From an uncultured Candidatus Saccharibacteria bacterium (lineage in GTDB: Bacteria; Patescibacteriota; Minisyncoccia; Phycocordibacterales; PALSA-1337): a stretch of 34,578 nt of DNA. Shown here piece after piece: positions 24,690 to 31,557 of the stretch (the first letter of the stretch is position 1; every line of letters begins with the position of its first letter). The position numbers and the translations under genes are program-made. Location: positions 1 to 34,578 of the forward strand of contig CAZRRZ010000006.1 of the NCBI GenBank assembly GCA_964602725.1, given 5' to 3'. The notes beneath the pieces were generated by a model, which was not told the DNA's origin, did not search any database, and saw only the letters and a program-made list of their open reading frames with translations.

Positions 24690-26369
24690 ATGGTAAAGAG
24701 ATTGTTTTCAGTTATTGGAAAGGAGATACGCGGCCTTCATGAGGCTGCGTATCTTCTGGCCGGTTTTGCACTTCTCTCACAGCTTCTAGCGCTGGTTCGA
24801 GACAAGCTCCTTGCTTATACCTTTGGCGCGGGACACGCGCTTGATGTCTATTATTCCGCCTTCCGCCTTCCAGATCTGATCTTCGTATCCGTGGGATCCC
24901 TTGTATCTGCGTCTATTCTCCTGCCGTTTTTTATTGAGCGTTTCAACAAAGGGGTAGCTGATGGTAAAAAATTTTCCGATTCCATATTCACTGTTTTCTT
25001 CGCGTCAATCGTGGTTACCAGCGCCATTGCATACATACTGGTGCCCTATATTGTTCCGCTGCTCTTGCCAGGGTTTGCGGATGATCCGTCATTGCCCGAT
25101 CTCATCTTGTCGTCGCGCATTATGCTCCTGTCGCCGTTTCTTCTCGGCCTCTCAAATCTGTTCTCGAGCATTACGCAAATGCATCGCCGCTTCTTGGTAT
25201 ATGCCGCGAGCCCGCTCTTCTATAACGTTAGTATTATTATTGGTATCGTGGCACTCTATCCAATTTTCGGCATATCAGGTCTGGCCATCGGTGTTGCGCT
25301 GGGAGCCCTCCTTCATATGGCCATACAGATTCCATTCATGGCACAGACCAAGCTTTTACCGAGATTTACCGCCAATATAGATTGGGTACACATAAAAAAA
25401 GCAGTTCTCCTGTCATTGCCACGCACGGTGACGATGTCGGCAAATCAGTTGGCGACATTTTTCTTGACAGCGCTTGCATCTCTCATGAGCAAGGGATCCA
25501 TTGCTGTTTTTACGCTGTCATTCAACTTGCAATCAGTTCCACTCACCATCATCGCTTCAAGCTATTCCTCGGCGGTGTTTCCCGAACTATCCCAGTTGTA
25601 CGTCGAAGGTAAGACCAAGGAATTTTTGGAAAAAATGATCGCGGCCGCCCGCCACATCATCTTTTGGTCGACGCCCATCATGGTGATGTTTATCGTTTTG
25701 CGCGCACAGATTGTCCGTACCGTTCTTGGTGCTGGTGCTTTTGATTGGGCTGATACACGTCTCACTGCAGCCTCGCTCGCACTCTTTATGGTATCAGTTG
25801 TTGGACAAGGTCTCATAGTTCTTTTTGTTCGTGCATTTTATGCAGAAGGAAAGACTACCAAACCGCTTCTCATCAATGTCATATCGGCGACCTGTATCGT
25901 CGTGTTTGGTTACTTGTTTACCAAGGCTTTCTTTGCGTTTCCATTGGCGCGGCTTTTCCTCGAAGAACTCCTCAAGGTGACGGGACAGCCAGGGACAAGT
26001 GCGCTGGTATTGGCCTTGGCGTATTCAATAGGTATTGTATTGAGTACGATTTTGCACTGGTGGATGTTTGCCAAGAAGTTCAAAGGTTTTACCAAGCCCG
26101 TATTGTCGACGTTTTTTCACGCATTCTCTGCGTCCGTCATCATGGGTTACGCGGCATTTCTCGGCCTTCGTTTGTTTGCGTTGGTATTTCCGCTTACAAA
26201 AGTTTGGGGAGTCTTTTTGCAAGGATTCTGTGCCGGTATTATCGGTCTGGCTGTCGGTATTTGCGTATTGTTGCTTCTCAAGAACAAGGAGTTGCAGGAA
26301 GTCTGGACAACCTTGCATCGCAAAATCTGGAAGGCCAAGGTTCCTCCTGCTGAGATTGAGCATTTGTAA
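24690..26369 (+). CDS. murJ: Lipid II flippase MurJ
   Basis: 559 aa and 14 TM. N-terminal LLALVRDKLLAYTFGAGHALDVYYSAFRLPDLIF is the typical MurJ/MviN signature. GGAG lies 8 nt upstream of the start. Confidence 0.9.
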   Translation: MVKRLFSVIGKEIRGLHEAAYLLAGFALLSQLLALVRDKLLAYTFGAGHALDVYYSAFRLPDLIFVSVGSLVSASILLPFFIERFNKGVADGKKFSDSIFTVFFASIVVTSAIAYILVPYIVPLLLPGFADDPSLPDLILSSRIMLLSPFLLGLSNLFSSITQMHRRFLVYAASPLFYNVSIIIGIVALYPIFGISGLAIGVALGALLHMAIQIPFMAQTKLLPRFTANIDWVHIKKAVLLSLPRTVTMSANQLATFFLTALASLMSKGSIAVFTLSFNLQSVPLTIIASSYSSAVFPELSQLYVEGKTKEFLEKMIAAARHIIFWSTPIMVMFIVLRAQIVRTVLGAGAFDWADTRLTAASLALFMVSVVGQGLIVLFVRAFYAEGKTTKPLLINVISATCIVVFGYLFTKAFFAFPLARLFLEELLKVTGQPGTSALVLALAYSIGIVLSTILHWWMFAKKFKGFTKPVLSTFFHAFSASVIMGYAAFLGLRLFALVFPLTKVWGVFLQGFCAGIIGLAVGICVLLLLKNKELQEVWTTLHRKIWKAKVPPAEIEHL

Positions 26370-26372
26370 TAG

Positions 26373-26400
26373 TTGACAGTTTTCTTGCGGGGATTATGAT
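26373..26400 (+). promoter_or_regulatory. Sigma-70-type promoter
   Basis: TTGACA - 16 nt - TATGAT, directly after the murJ stop and 23 nt before the ATG at 26424. Confidence 0.6.
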
Positions 26401-26423
26401 GTTGAATTAGAGAAAGACTGTCT

Positions 26424-27032
26424 ATGAAAATTGCTGAACTTGTTCCGTCGGGAGTTTTTTCGTGCCAAGAATCGGAGCCTCTGCCGGACTGGGTTGGCCT
26501 GGCCTGCCTCGGTCTCTGCCTTGGTATTTACGAACCAGGTGTTGAAGGTGATCTCACGTTTGTGCATTCAGATCGGCACGGAAGATCGGAGCATTATCGG
26601 ATCACACACACCGATCTTGTGGAAGAGCTCCGGTCACAGCTGCCTCAAGCCCGTTCTTTAGAGGCAGCGGATTGGATTGAAAAAGAAATCTTTTGGGGAC
26701 GGGATATCCTCATTCCACCCGCCTCGGTCCGTATCTACGATGAATTTGATGTCCAAGGAAAGATTTTTCGAAGGCGATGCGCTGAAAAGTACACACTTTT
26801 AGTACGAGCTGGAGGGTGGCCACAGCAGTTGGCTGATCAGCTATGCTCACTTCTCAAGTGTTCTACCAACTATGCTCCTGAGGAACATCCACAGATGGTG
26901 CTTCTTTTTGGTCATATTACCGAGGCAGTAGTTCGCAAACAACTACCGGAATGTGTGTACGGTCAAATTGATGTAAGATTGATTAGGGGGCGACACAATC
27001 CGCGGCTACCGTTTCGTCCGCAGAGTCTGTAG
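26424..27032 (+). CDS. Hypothetical cytoplasmic protein (202 aa), orphan
   Basis: Intact ORF with its own promoter and a perfect terminator. No recognisable motif. Confidence 0.6.
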   Translation: MKIAELVPSGVFSCQESEPLPDWVGLACLGLCLGIYEPGVEGDLTFVHSDRHGRSEHYRITHTDLVEELRSQLPQARSLEAADWIEKEIFWGRDILIPPASVRIYDEFDVQGKIFRRRCAEKYTLLVRAGGWPQQLADQLCSLLKCSTNYAPEEHPQMVLLFGHITEAVVRKQLPECVYGQIDVRLIRGRHNPRLPFRPQSL

Positions 27033-27062
27033 TGATTGCGTACTACTCCTGAACAGTCTATA

Positions 27063-27091
27063 AGCCGCGACTGGAGGCTCGCGGCTTTTTT
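27063..27091 (+). terminator. Intrinsic terminator
   Basis: AGCCGCGA - ctggaggc - TCGCGGCT forms a perfect 8-bp stem, followed by TTTTTT. Confidence 0.85.
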
Positions 27092-27101
27092 ATACAAACT
27101 T

Positions 27102-27130
27102 TTGGTAAATTAGGTCTTTTCTGCTATATT
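27102..27130 (+). promoter_or_regulatory. Promoter of lepA (TTGGTA - 17 nt - TGcTATATT)
   Basis: A -35-like element and an extended -10 at correct spacing. The predicted leader is about 16 nt with no SD. Confidence 0.5.
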
Positions 27131-27152
27131 TGCTCTACGTAGCCCAGAAGCC

Positions 27153-28949
27153 ATGAACCCCGCCCACATACGCAATTTTTCTATCATCGCCCATATTGAC
27201 CACGGCAAGTCCACGCTTGCCGATCGTTTGCTTGAGATAACCGGTACTATCGAAAAGCGCAAAATGCAGGAGCAGGTTCTTGATAGTATGGAACTCGAAC
27301 GCGAAAGAGGAATCACCATCAAGATGCAGCCTGTCCGTATGAAGTGGCGCGCCAATAACGAGGAATACATCCTCAACCTCATTGATACCCCAGGCCATAT
27401 TGATTTTTCTTATGAAGTCTCGCGGTCGCTTCGTGCCGTGGAAGGCTCTATTCTCCTTGTCGATGCCACCCAGGGAGTGCAGGCACAGACCCTCACGACC
27501 CTCAACATGGCACGGGAAGCCGGTTTGACCATTATTCCCACAGTGAGCAAAATTGACTCACCCTTGGCCCGTACAGAGGAGGTCATTGCCGAAGTCTGTC
27601 AGCTTCTTGGGTGTGGACCTGGAGATGTACTCAAGGTATCCGGTAAGACTGGTGAAGGCGTCGAGCATCTCTTGAATGAAGTTATTCGCCGTGTTCCAGC
27701 TCCAAGTTCGCCTGATGTCACGGATGAATTCCGATCCATTATTTTTGATTTTCAATATTCAAACCATACCGGCGTTATTGTGTATACGCGCGTGATGAAC
27801 GGTTCAGTGGGCCGGCACCAGAAGCTCAAATTTAAAATCGCCGACAAAATATTCGAGCCGATAGAAGTGGGTATTTTTGCACCCGCCAATACGCCGCGCG
27901 AATCATTGTCTGCTGGAGAGATTGGCTATATCGTGACTGGAATCAAAGAGCCGGGTATCGCTTCGGTTGGAGATACCATCGCATCGCTCAAAGATACATT
28001 GCCGCCGCTCGCCGGGTACAAGAGCCCTCGTCCGGTAGTTTGGGCTTCGCTTTACCCAGAAAGTCAGGATGATCTCTCTCTGCTTCGACAGGCTCTCAGT
28101 CGACTTCGTTTGTCGGATTCGTCATTTACCTACGAGGAAGAAGCATCTGGAACCTTGGGTAAAGGCTATCGTTGTGGGTTCCTTGGCATGCTTCACATGG
28201 AGATTGTGACCGAGCGCCTACGTCGTGAGTTTAGCCTCGAGCTCGTGGTCACACACCCAAGCATTACCTATACAGTCACCTTGAAGAATGGCAAAACGAG
28301 CACTGTCTATTCACCGTCACTTTTTCCAGATGAGCATGATGTCTTGAAGGTGTCCGAACCGATTGTGACTATGAAGATTATTACGCCGCCGGCATATCTG
28401 AGCGGACTAATGAAGTCGATGTATGAACATGAGGCAGAAGTCGTCGGCACCGAAAATTTTGGCGACAATCGCACCATGCTCACTATGCTCATGCCGCTTC
28501 GTGAACTGATGCGCAACTTTTTTGACGAAGTTAAAAGTATTTCTTCGGGTTATGCTTCTATTTCGTATGACATTACCGACAATCGCCCAGCCGATGTAGT
28601 GCGCATGGATGTGTTGGTGGCTGATGAACCGGTGCCGGCCTTTGCGCGCGTTGTCTCACGTCGTCGTGCTGAGCAAGAAGCGGAGACAGTCGTTGAGAAG
28701 CTGTATGAGATCATGCCGCGCGAACTCTTTACCTACAAGATCCAGTCGAAGGCGCTGGGCCGTATTATTTCTTCACGCTCTATTTCAGGCAAGAAAAAAG
28801 ACGCCGCAGGAACTCTCTCTGGCGGTGACATTACTCGCAAGATGAAACTGCGTGAGAAGCAGAAGGAAGGACGCAAGCGCCTCAAAGAGCATGGTTCAGT
28901 AACCATTCCTCAAGATGTCTTTGTAAAGATGATGCGAGCGGGAGAATGA
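27153..28949 (+). CDS. lepA: Translation elongation factor 4
   Basis: 598 aa. NFSIIAHIDHGKSTLADRLL, DTPGHIDF and the LepA-specific C-terminal domain. Confidence 0.97.
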   Translation: MNPAHIRNFSIIAHIDHGKSTLADRLLEITGTIEKRKMQEQVLDSMELERERGITIKMQPVRMKWRANNEEYILNLIDTPGHIDFSYEVSRSLRAVEGSILLVDATQGVQAQTLTTLNMAREAGLTIIPTVSKIDSPLARTEEVIAEVCQLLGCGPGDVLKVSGKTGEGVEHLLNEVIRRVPAPSSPDVTDEFRSIIFDFQYSNHTGVIVYTRVMNGSVGRHQKLKFKIADKIFEPIEVGIFAPANTPRESLSAGEIGYIVTGIKEPGIASVGDTIASLKDTLPPLAGYKSPRPVVWASLYPESQDDLSLLRQALSRLRLSDSSFTYEEEASGTLGKGYRCGFLGMLHMEIVTERLRREFSLELVVTHPSITYTVTLKNGKTSTVYSPSLFPDEHDVLKVSEPIVTMKIITPPAYLSGLMKSMYEHEAEVVGTENFGDNRTMLTMLMPLRELMRNFFDEVKSISSGYASISYDITDNRPADVVRMDVLVADEPVPAFARVVSRRRAEQEAETVVEKLYEIMPRELFTYKIQSKALGRIISSRSISGKKKDAAGTLSGGDITRKMKLREKQKEGRKRLKEHGSVTIPQDVFVKMMRAGE

Positions 28950-28962
28950 GGCCGCAAGACCA

Positions 28963-29070
28963 CTATCCCCAGACTGGAATATAGAGCAAGACCATACTTA
29001 TAATGAGTAGTATGCCGACTACAATCATGGCGCGGCGTATAAATTTCTGTGACGATTGATGAAATAACAT
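28963..29070 (-). CDS. Candidate 35-aa single-TM micro-protein (MLFHQSSQKFIRRAMIVVGILLIISMVLLYIPVWG)
   Basis: Hand-translated minus-strand ORF. A TATACT -10 lies 9 nt upstream of its ATG, within the palindrome shared with the divergent gene. The sequence has a basic stretch followed by a hydrophobic helix. Confidence 0.35.
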   Translation of the reverse strand: MLFHQSSQKFIRRAMIVVGILLIISMVLLYIPVWG

Positions 29071-29079
29071 AGTGAATCT

Positions 29080-29087
29080 AGTATACT
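29080..29087. promoter_or_regulatory. Palindromic -10 element AGTATACT that reads TATACT on both strands
   Basis: It sits in the 24-bp gap between divergent ATGs at 29070 (-) and 29095 (+). It is 7 nt from the plus-strand ATG and 9 nt from the minus-strand ATG. Confidence 0.45.
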
Positions 29088-29094
29088 GTGAAGC

Positions 29095-29490
29095 ATGAAA
29101 TACGGCAACCGTTCGATCTGGCAGCGCTTTATTTCCTCACCATTTTCCGCAATTGCACTTGTGGTCGTTGTTTTTGTGTTGGCGCGCGCCAGTTTGAATA
29201 TTCATAGTAAGGTTGAGACGAGTGCGGTGAAGTTGCAACAAGCCCAGGCAAATCTTGGCAATCTCACTGAGCGTCAGCAAGATATTGCTCGCAGAGTCGA
29301 ATACCTCTCAACTGATCAGGGGATCGAAGCGGAGATTCGAACAAAATATCATGCAGTGAAAGATGGGGAACAGGTTGCTGTTATCGTCGATGGTTCATCG
29401 GGTGGTGCAAATCACGAGATGTCTTCCAGTACTGTGGCAACCTCTTCACCCGGTTTTTGGGGTAAGATATTGCGCGCCCTTGGGTTTTGA
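29095..29490 (+). CDS. Septum formation initiator-like protein (FtsB/DivIC family)
   Basis: 131 aa. N-terminal TM, a coiled-coil segment (VKLQQAQANLGNLTERQQDIARRVEYL) and DQGIEAEIRTKYHAVKDGEQVAVIV, which resembles the DivIC C-terminal motif. Confidence 0.65.
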   Translation: MKYGNRSIWQRFISSPFSAIALVVVVFVLARASLNIHSKVETSAVKLQQAQANLGNLTERQQDIARRVEYLSTDQGIEAEIRTKYHAVKDGEQVAVIVDGSSGGANHEMSSSTVATSSPGFWGKILRALGF

Positions 29491-29532
29491 GGGTAGTATG
29501 TTCGCGTAACGGTGAGCGTTTAAAATCAATCC

Positions 29533-29603
29533 GCGGGTATGGTTTAGTGGTAGAATGCGGCCTTCCCAAGGCTGAGACGCGAGTTCGATTCTCGCTACCC
29601 GCA
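29533..29603 (+). tRNA. tRNA-Gly (anticodon CCC)
   Basis: The cloverleaf was folded by hand. Acceptor GCGGGTA/TACCCGC, anticodon stem CGGCC/GGCTG with loop TT-CCC-AA, T-arm GCGAG-TTCGATT-CTCGC and discriminator A. CCA is not encoded. Confidence 0.93.
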
Positions 29604-29643
29604 CAAAAATACATTAGAGAATTTGAGAATAATTACGTCAATA

Positions 29644-29671
29644 TTGACTTAGTTTTTTTGGTTGATAATAT
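29644..29671 (+). promoter_or_regulatory. Near-consensus promoter TTGACT - 16 nt - TGaTAATAT, 6 nt upstream of the ATG at 29678
   Basis: The -35, the spacing, the extended TG and the -10 are all present. No room for an SD sequence. Confidence 0.65.
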
Positions 29672-29677
29672 TAATAC

Positions 29678-29878
29678 ATGTCAGCAATTAACTGGACTCA
29701 CATCTACAAAAAATATAAAGGGCTTTGGGTAGCATTACTCAAGGACGAAATAACTGTAGTTGGTCATGGCAAAACTTTGAAAGAAGCAAAAGAAATGGCT
29801 TTAAAAAATGGTCACGATCATCCAATCTTTACACGTATGCCACCAAATTTATCAGCTTTTGCAGGTGGAGCATTATGA
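29678..29878 (+). CDS. Small protein (66 aa), resembles DUF5678-type proteins (from memory, unverified)
   Basis: MSAINWTHIYKKYKGLWVALLKDEITVVGHGKTLKEAKEMALKNG.... AT-rich gene whose stop TGA overlaps the next gene's ATG (ATGA at 29875-29878). Confidence 0.7.
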   Translation: MSAINWTHIYKKYKGLWVALLKDEITVVGHGKTLKEAKEMALKNGHDHPIFTRMPPNLSAFAGGAL

Positions 29879-30381
29879 TATTTAAGTATAAATCTTATGG
29901 GCATGCCTTGAGACCGGTAATACCGGTTACAATTTTATACAAGAATGCGCATGTTGATTATGAAGTTCTTGTTGATTCCGGATCCGACCACTGTTTCTTT
30001 GATTCTGAAATTGGTGAAGATATAGGTATAACCAGAGGCAATAGTGAAATTAAAGAAGTGTTTGGTGTTGGAGGCAAAATTTCCATATATCATAGTCATA
30101 AAGTAACCCTAAAGATTGGCGAACAGTCGTTTGAGACAGAAGTTGGATTCATGCCAAATCTTGGTGGCAGTATTGTTTCATATGGGATTGTTGGCCAAAA
30201 AGGTTTTTTTGATAAATTCATCATTAAATTTGACTACATAAATGAAGAAGTTGAGATAACGGATAAGAAATCACATGACCCCAAAGATAGTCGAGCGGGG
30301 GCGAACAATGGCTGTGGTCTACTGGGTGGCTTAACAGAGGCATACCATGACACATATTTGACTAAATCGTCAAAGTATTGA
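29875..30381 (+). CDS. Retropepsin-like (clan AA) aspartic protease, single-lobe
   Basis: 168 aa starting MIFKYKSYG. Catalytic-type motif LVDSGSD (D-S-G) in a hydrophobic beta context, and a later GIVGQKGFFDKF (G-x-x-G) flap/dimer-like region. GGTGGAG SD lies 6 nt upstream. The longer same-frame ORF starting at 29725 would overlap the upstream gene and is rejected. Confidence 0.7.
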   Translation: MIFKYKSYGHALRPVIPVTILYKNAHVDYEVLVDSGSDHCFFDSEIGEDIGITRGNSEIKEVFGVGGKISIYHSHKVTLKIGEQSFETEVGFMPNLGGSIVSYGIVGQKGFFDKFIIKFDYINEEVEITDKKSHDPKDSRAGANNGCGLLGGLTEAYHDTYLTKSSKY

Positions 30382-30406
30382 CAAATTCAGTCAGTAATGC
30401 TATAAT
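30378..30406 (+). promoter_or_regulatory. Perfect consensus promoter TTGACA - 17 nt - TATAAT with an extended TG
   Basis: TTGACA at 30378-30383 overlaps the protease stop codon. TGcTATAAT is at 30398-30406. Confidence 0.7.
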
Positions 30407-30434
30407 CGTTGCAGTAGATCAGGTCATTGAGAAA

Positions 30435-30490
30435 GGCTAAGTCTAGCTCCGAAAAGGTAGAAAATTGCCTTTTGAGAGCTAGATTTAACC
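30435..30490 (+). promoter_or_regulatory. Long two-tier hairpin in the ~98-nt leader of the gene at 30511
   Basis: The outer stem pairs 30435-30449 with 30476-30490: 15 positions, with 1 mismatch and 1 G-U. The inner stem is AAAAGG / CCTTTT (30452-30457 with 30468-30473). An A-rich single-stranded stretch follows, up to the ATG. Confidence 0.55.
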
Positions 30491-30510
30491 TCAACAAATA
30501 GAAAAACAAA

Positions 30511-31038
30511 ATGAATACACGTCGATTATACGAAGCGGTGGCCCCTCTCGTTGCCAACTACAATGAGATGGCGACCAGAGCAGTCAAAACGGGAGACGGA
30601 AAACTCTATGTTCCCGGATACCTGAGTCTTCAAGACTTCATCCGGCTCTCGGAAAATCCGAACCTGATACAGAACGGAGGCAATACCAAGGAGCCGTCAT
30701 ACCTATCCATCGAGGAAGGACTACGCGGCCACAACGCCGATGGCTCTACGCACAACGGATTCATCGTTCTCGATGTGATCGGACGCGAGATCGTAACTGT
30801 TGTTGATCGCCACGGTAACCCTTCGATTGGCCCGAACATGGACATTCAGCGCGGGCTTTGGTCCGGATACCAGATCAGCGTGAACAATTCCAAGGGAGAG
30901 AAATTCGAACTTCGGACCAAGATGGGGGTTCGCGGGATCAATATCCCCGTGACCGTGATCTTTCAGGACGACGACATTACTGCCTGTGACAATGAAGCTG
31001 TGATCGAAATCGTCTCAGCAAGCAAGGTCATTCGGTAA
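30511..31038 (+). CDS. Hypothetical protein (175 aa), orphan
   Basis: Intact ORF with markedly higher GC than the preceding cassette, its own consensus promoter and its own terminator. No TM segment, signal peptide or motif recognised. Confidence 0.65.
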   Translation: MNTRRLYEAVAPLVANYNEMATRAVKTGDGKLYVPGYLSLQDFIRLSENPNLIQNGGNTKEPSYLSIEEGLRGHNADGSTHNGFIVLDVIGREIVTVVDRHGNPSIGPNMDIQRGLWSGYQISVNNSKGEKFELRTKMGVRGINIPVTVIFQDDDITACDNEAVIEIVSASKVIR

Positions 31039-31060
31039 CTCGTTCGTTCAACAGGCCTTA

Positions 31061-31109
31061 AGCCTCACCAGAGAAAAGCTCCATGCTTCATCTGTGTGAG
31101 GCTTTTTTT
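31061..31109 (+). terminator. Intrinsic terminator with a large loop
   Basis: AGCCTCAC ... GTGAGGCT forms a perfect 8-bp stem, followed by TTTTTTT. Confidence 0.65.
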
Positions 31110-31183
31110 CATACAATGTTATTAAAGTGTTACACTACTAAGTGTCAAAAAGGTTCAAACTTCGTACCACAACCCGCACCTAC

Positions 31184-31208
31184 AAAAATCGGCCCGCTAT
31201 CGGACCGA
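31184..31208 (-). terminator. Intrinsic terminator of the redoxin gene
   Basis: On the minus strand, TCGGTCCG - atag - CGGGCCGA forms an 8-bp stem with one G-U pair, followed by TTTTT. Confidence 0.75.
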
Positions 31209-31220
31209 CTTTCGTATTTT

Positions 31221-31457
31221 TTACTTGATCCCCAAACTCGTCTTGATTCTCTCTTCGTCAAACCCCACGATGACTTCTGTGCCAGTATCGATGACAGGTA
31301 CACCCATCTGACCTGTTTTGTCGATCATTTCCTTGCGCTTGGCGAGGTCTGAAGCGACATTGTGTTCGGTAAACACCACGCTGTTGGCCTTGAAGAAGTT
31401 TTTGGCCATATTGCAATAGACACAGGTGGGCGTTGAGTAAATAGTTACAGTGCTCAT
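31221..31457 (-). CDS. Glutaredoxin-family / NrdH-like redoxin
   Basis: 78 aa. Thioredoxin fold with the CVYC active site and the GVPV motif. Confidence 0.85.
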   Translation of the reverse strand: MSTVTIYSTPTCVYCNMAKNFFKANSVVFTEHNVASDLAKRKEMIDKTGQMGVPVIDTGTEVIVGFDEERIKTSLGIK

Positions 31458-31541
31458 AGTATTATGTATGTTAAATTAGGGATAAAATGGTACCTGTTTA
31501 GATTTCTATTCTAGCAATACTGTGGAGATATGCAATACATC

Positions 31542-31550
31542 TGCTATACT
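31542..31550 (+). promoter_or_regulatory. Extended -10 promoter (TGcTATACT) 7 nt upstream of the ATG at 31558
   Basis: TGCTATACT, then tctctca, then ATG. This argues for the ATG at 31558 rather than the GTG at 31522. Confidence 0.5.
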
Positions 31551-31557
31551 TCTCTCA

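Noticed and set aside
29487-29732. 81-aa plus-strand ORF
   Set aside because: It reads straight through the tRNA-Gly gene and the promoter of the next cassette, so it is spurious.
29725-29874. Upstream 50-codon extension of the retropepsin-like ORF
   Set aside because: It would overlap almost the whole preceding 66-aa gene in another frame. The ATG at 29875 has an SD (GGTGGAG) and forms an ATGA stop/start overlap.
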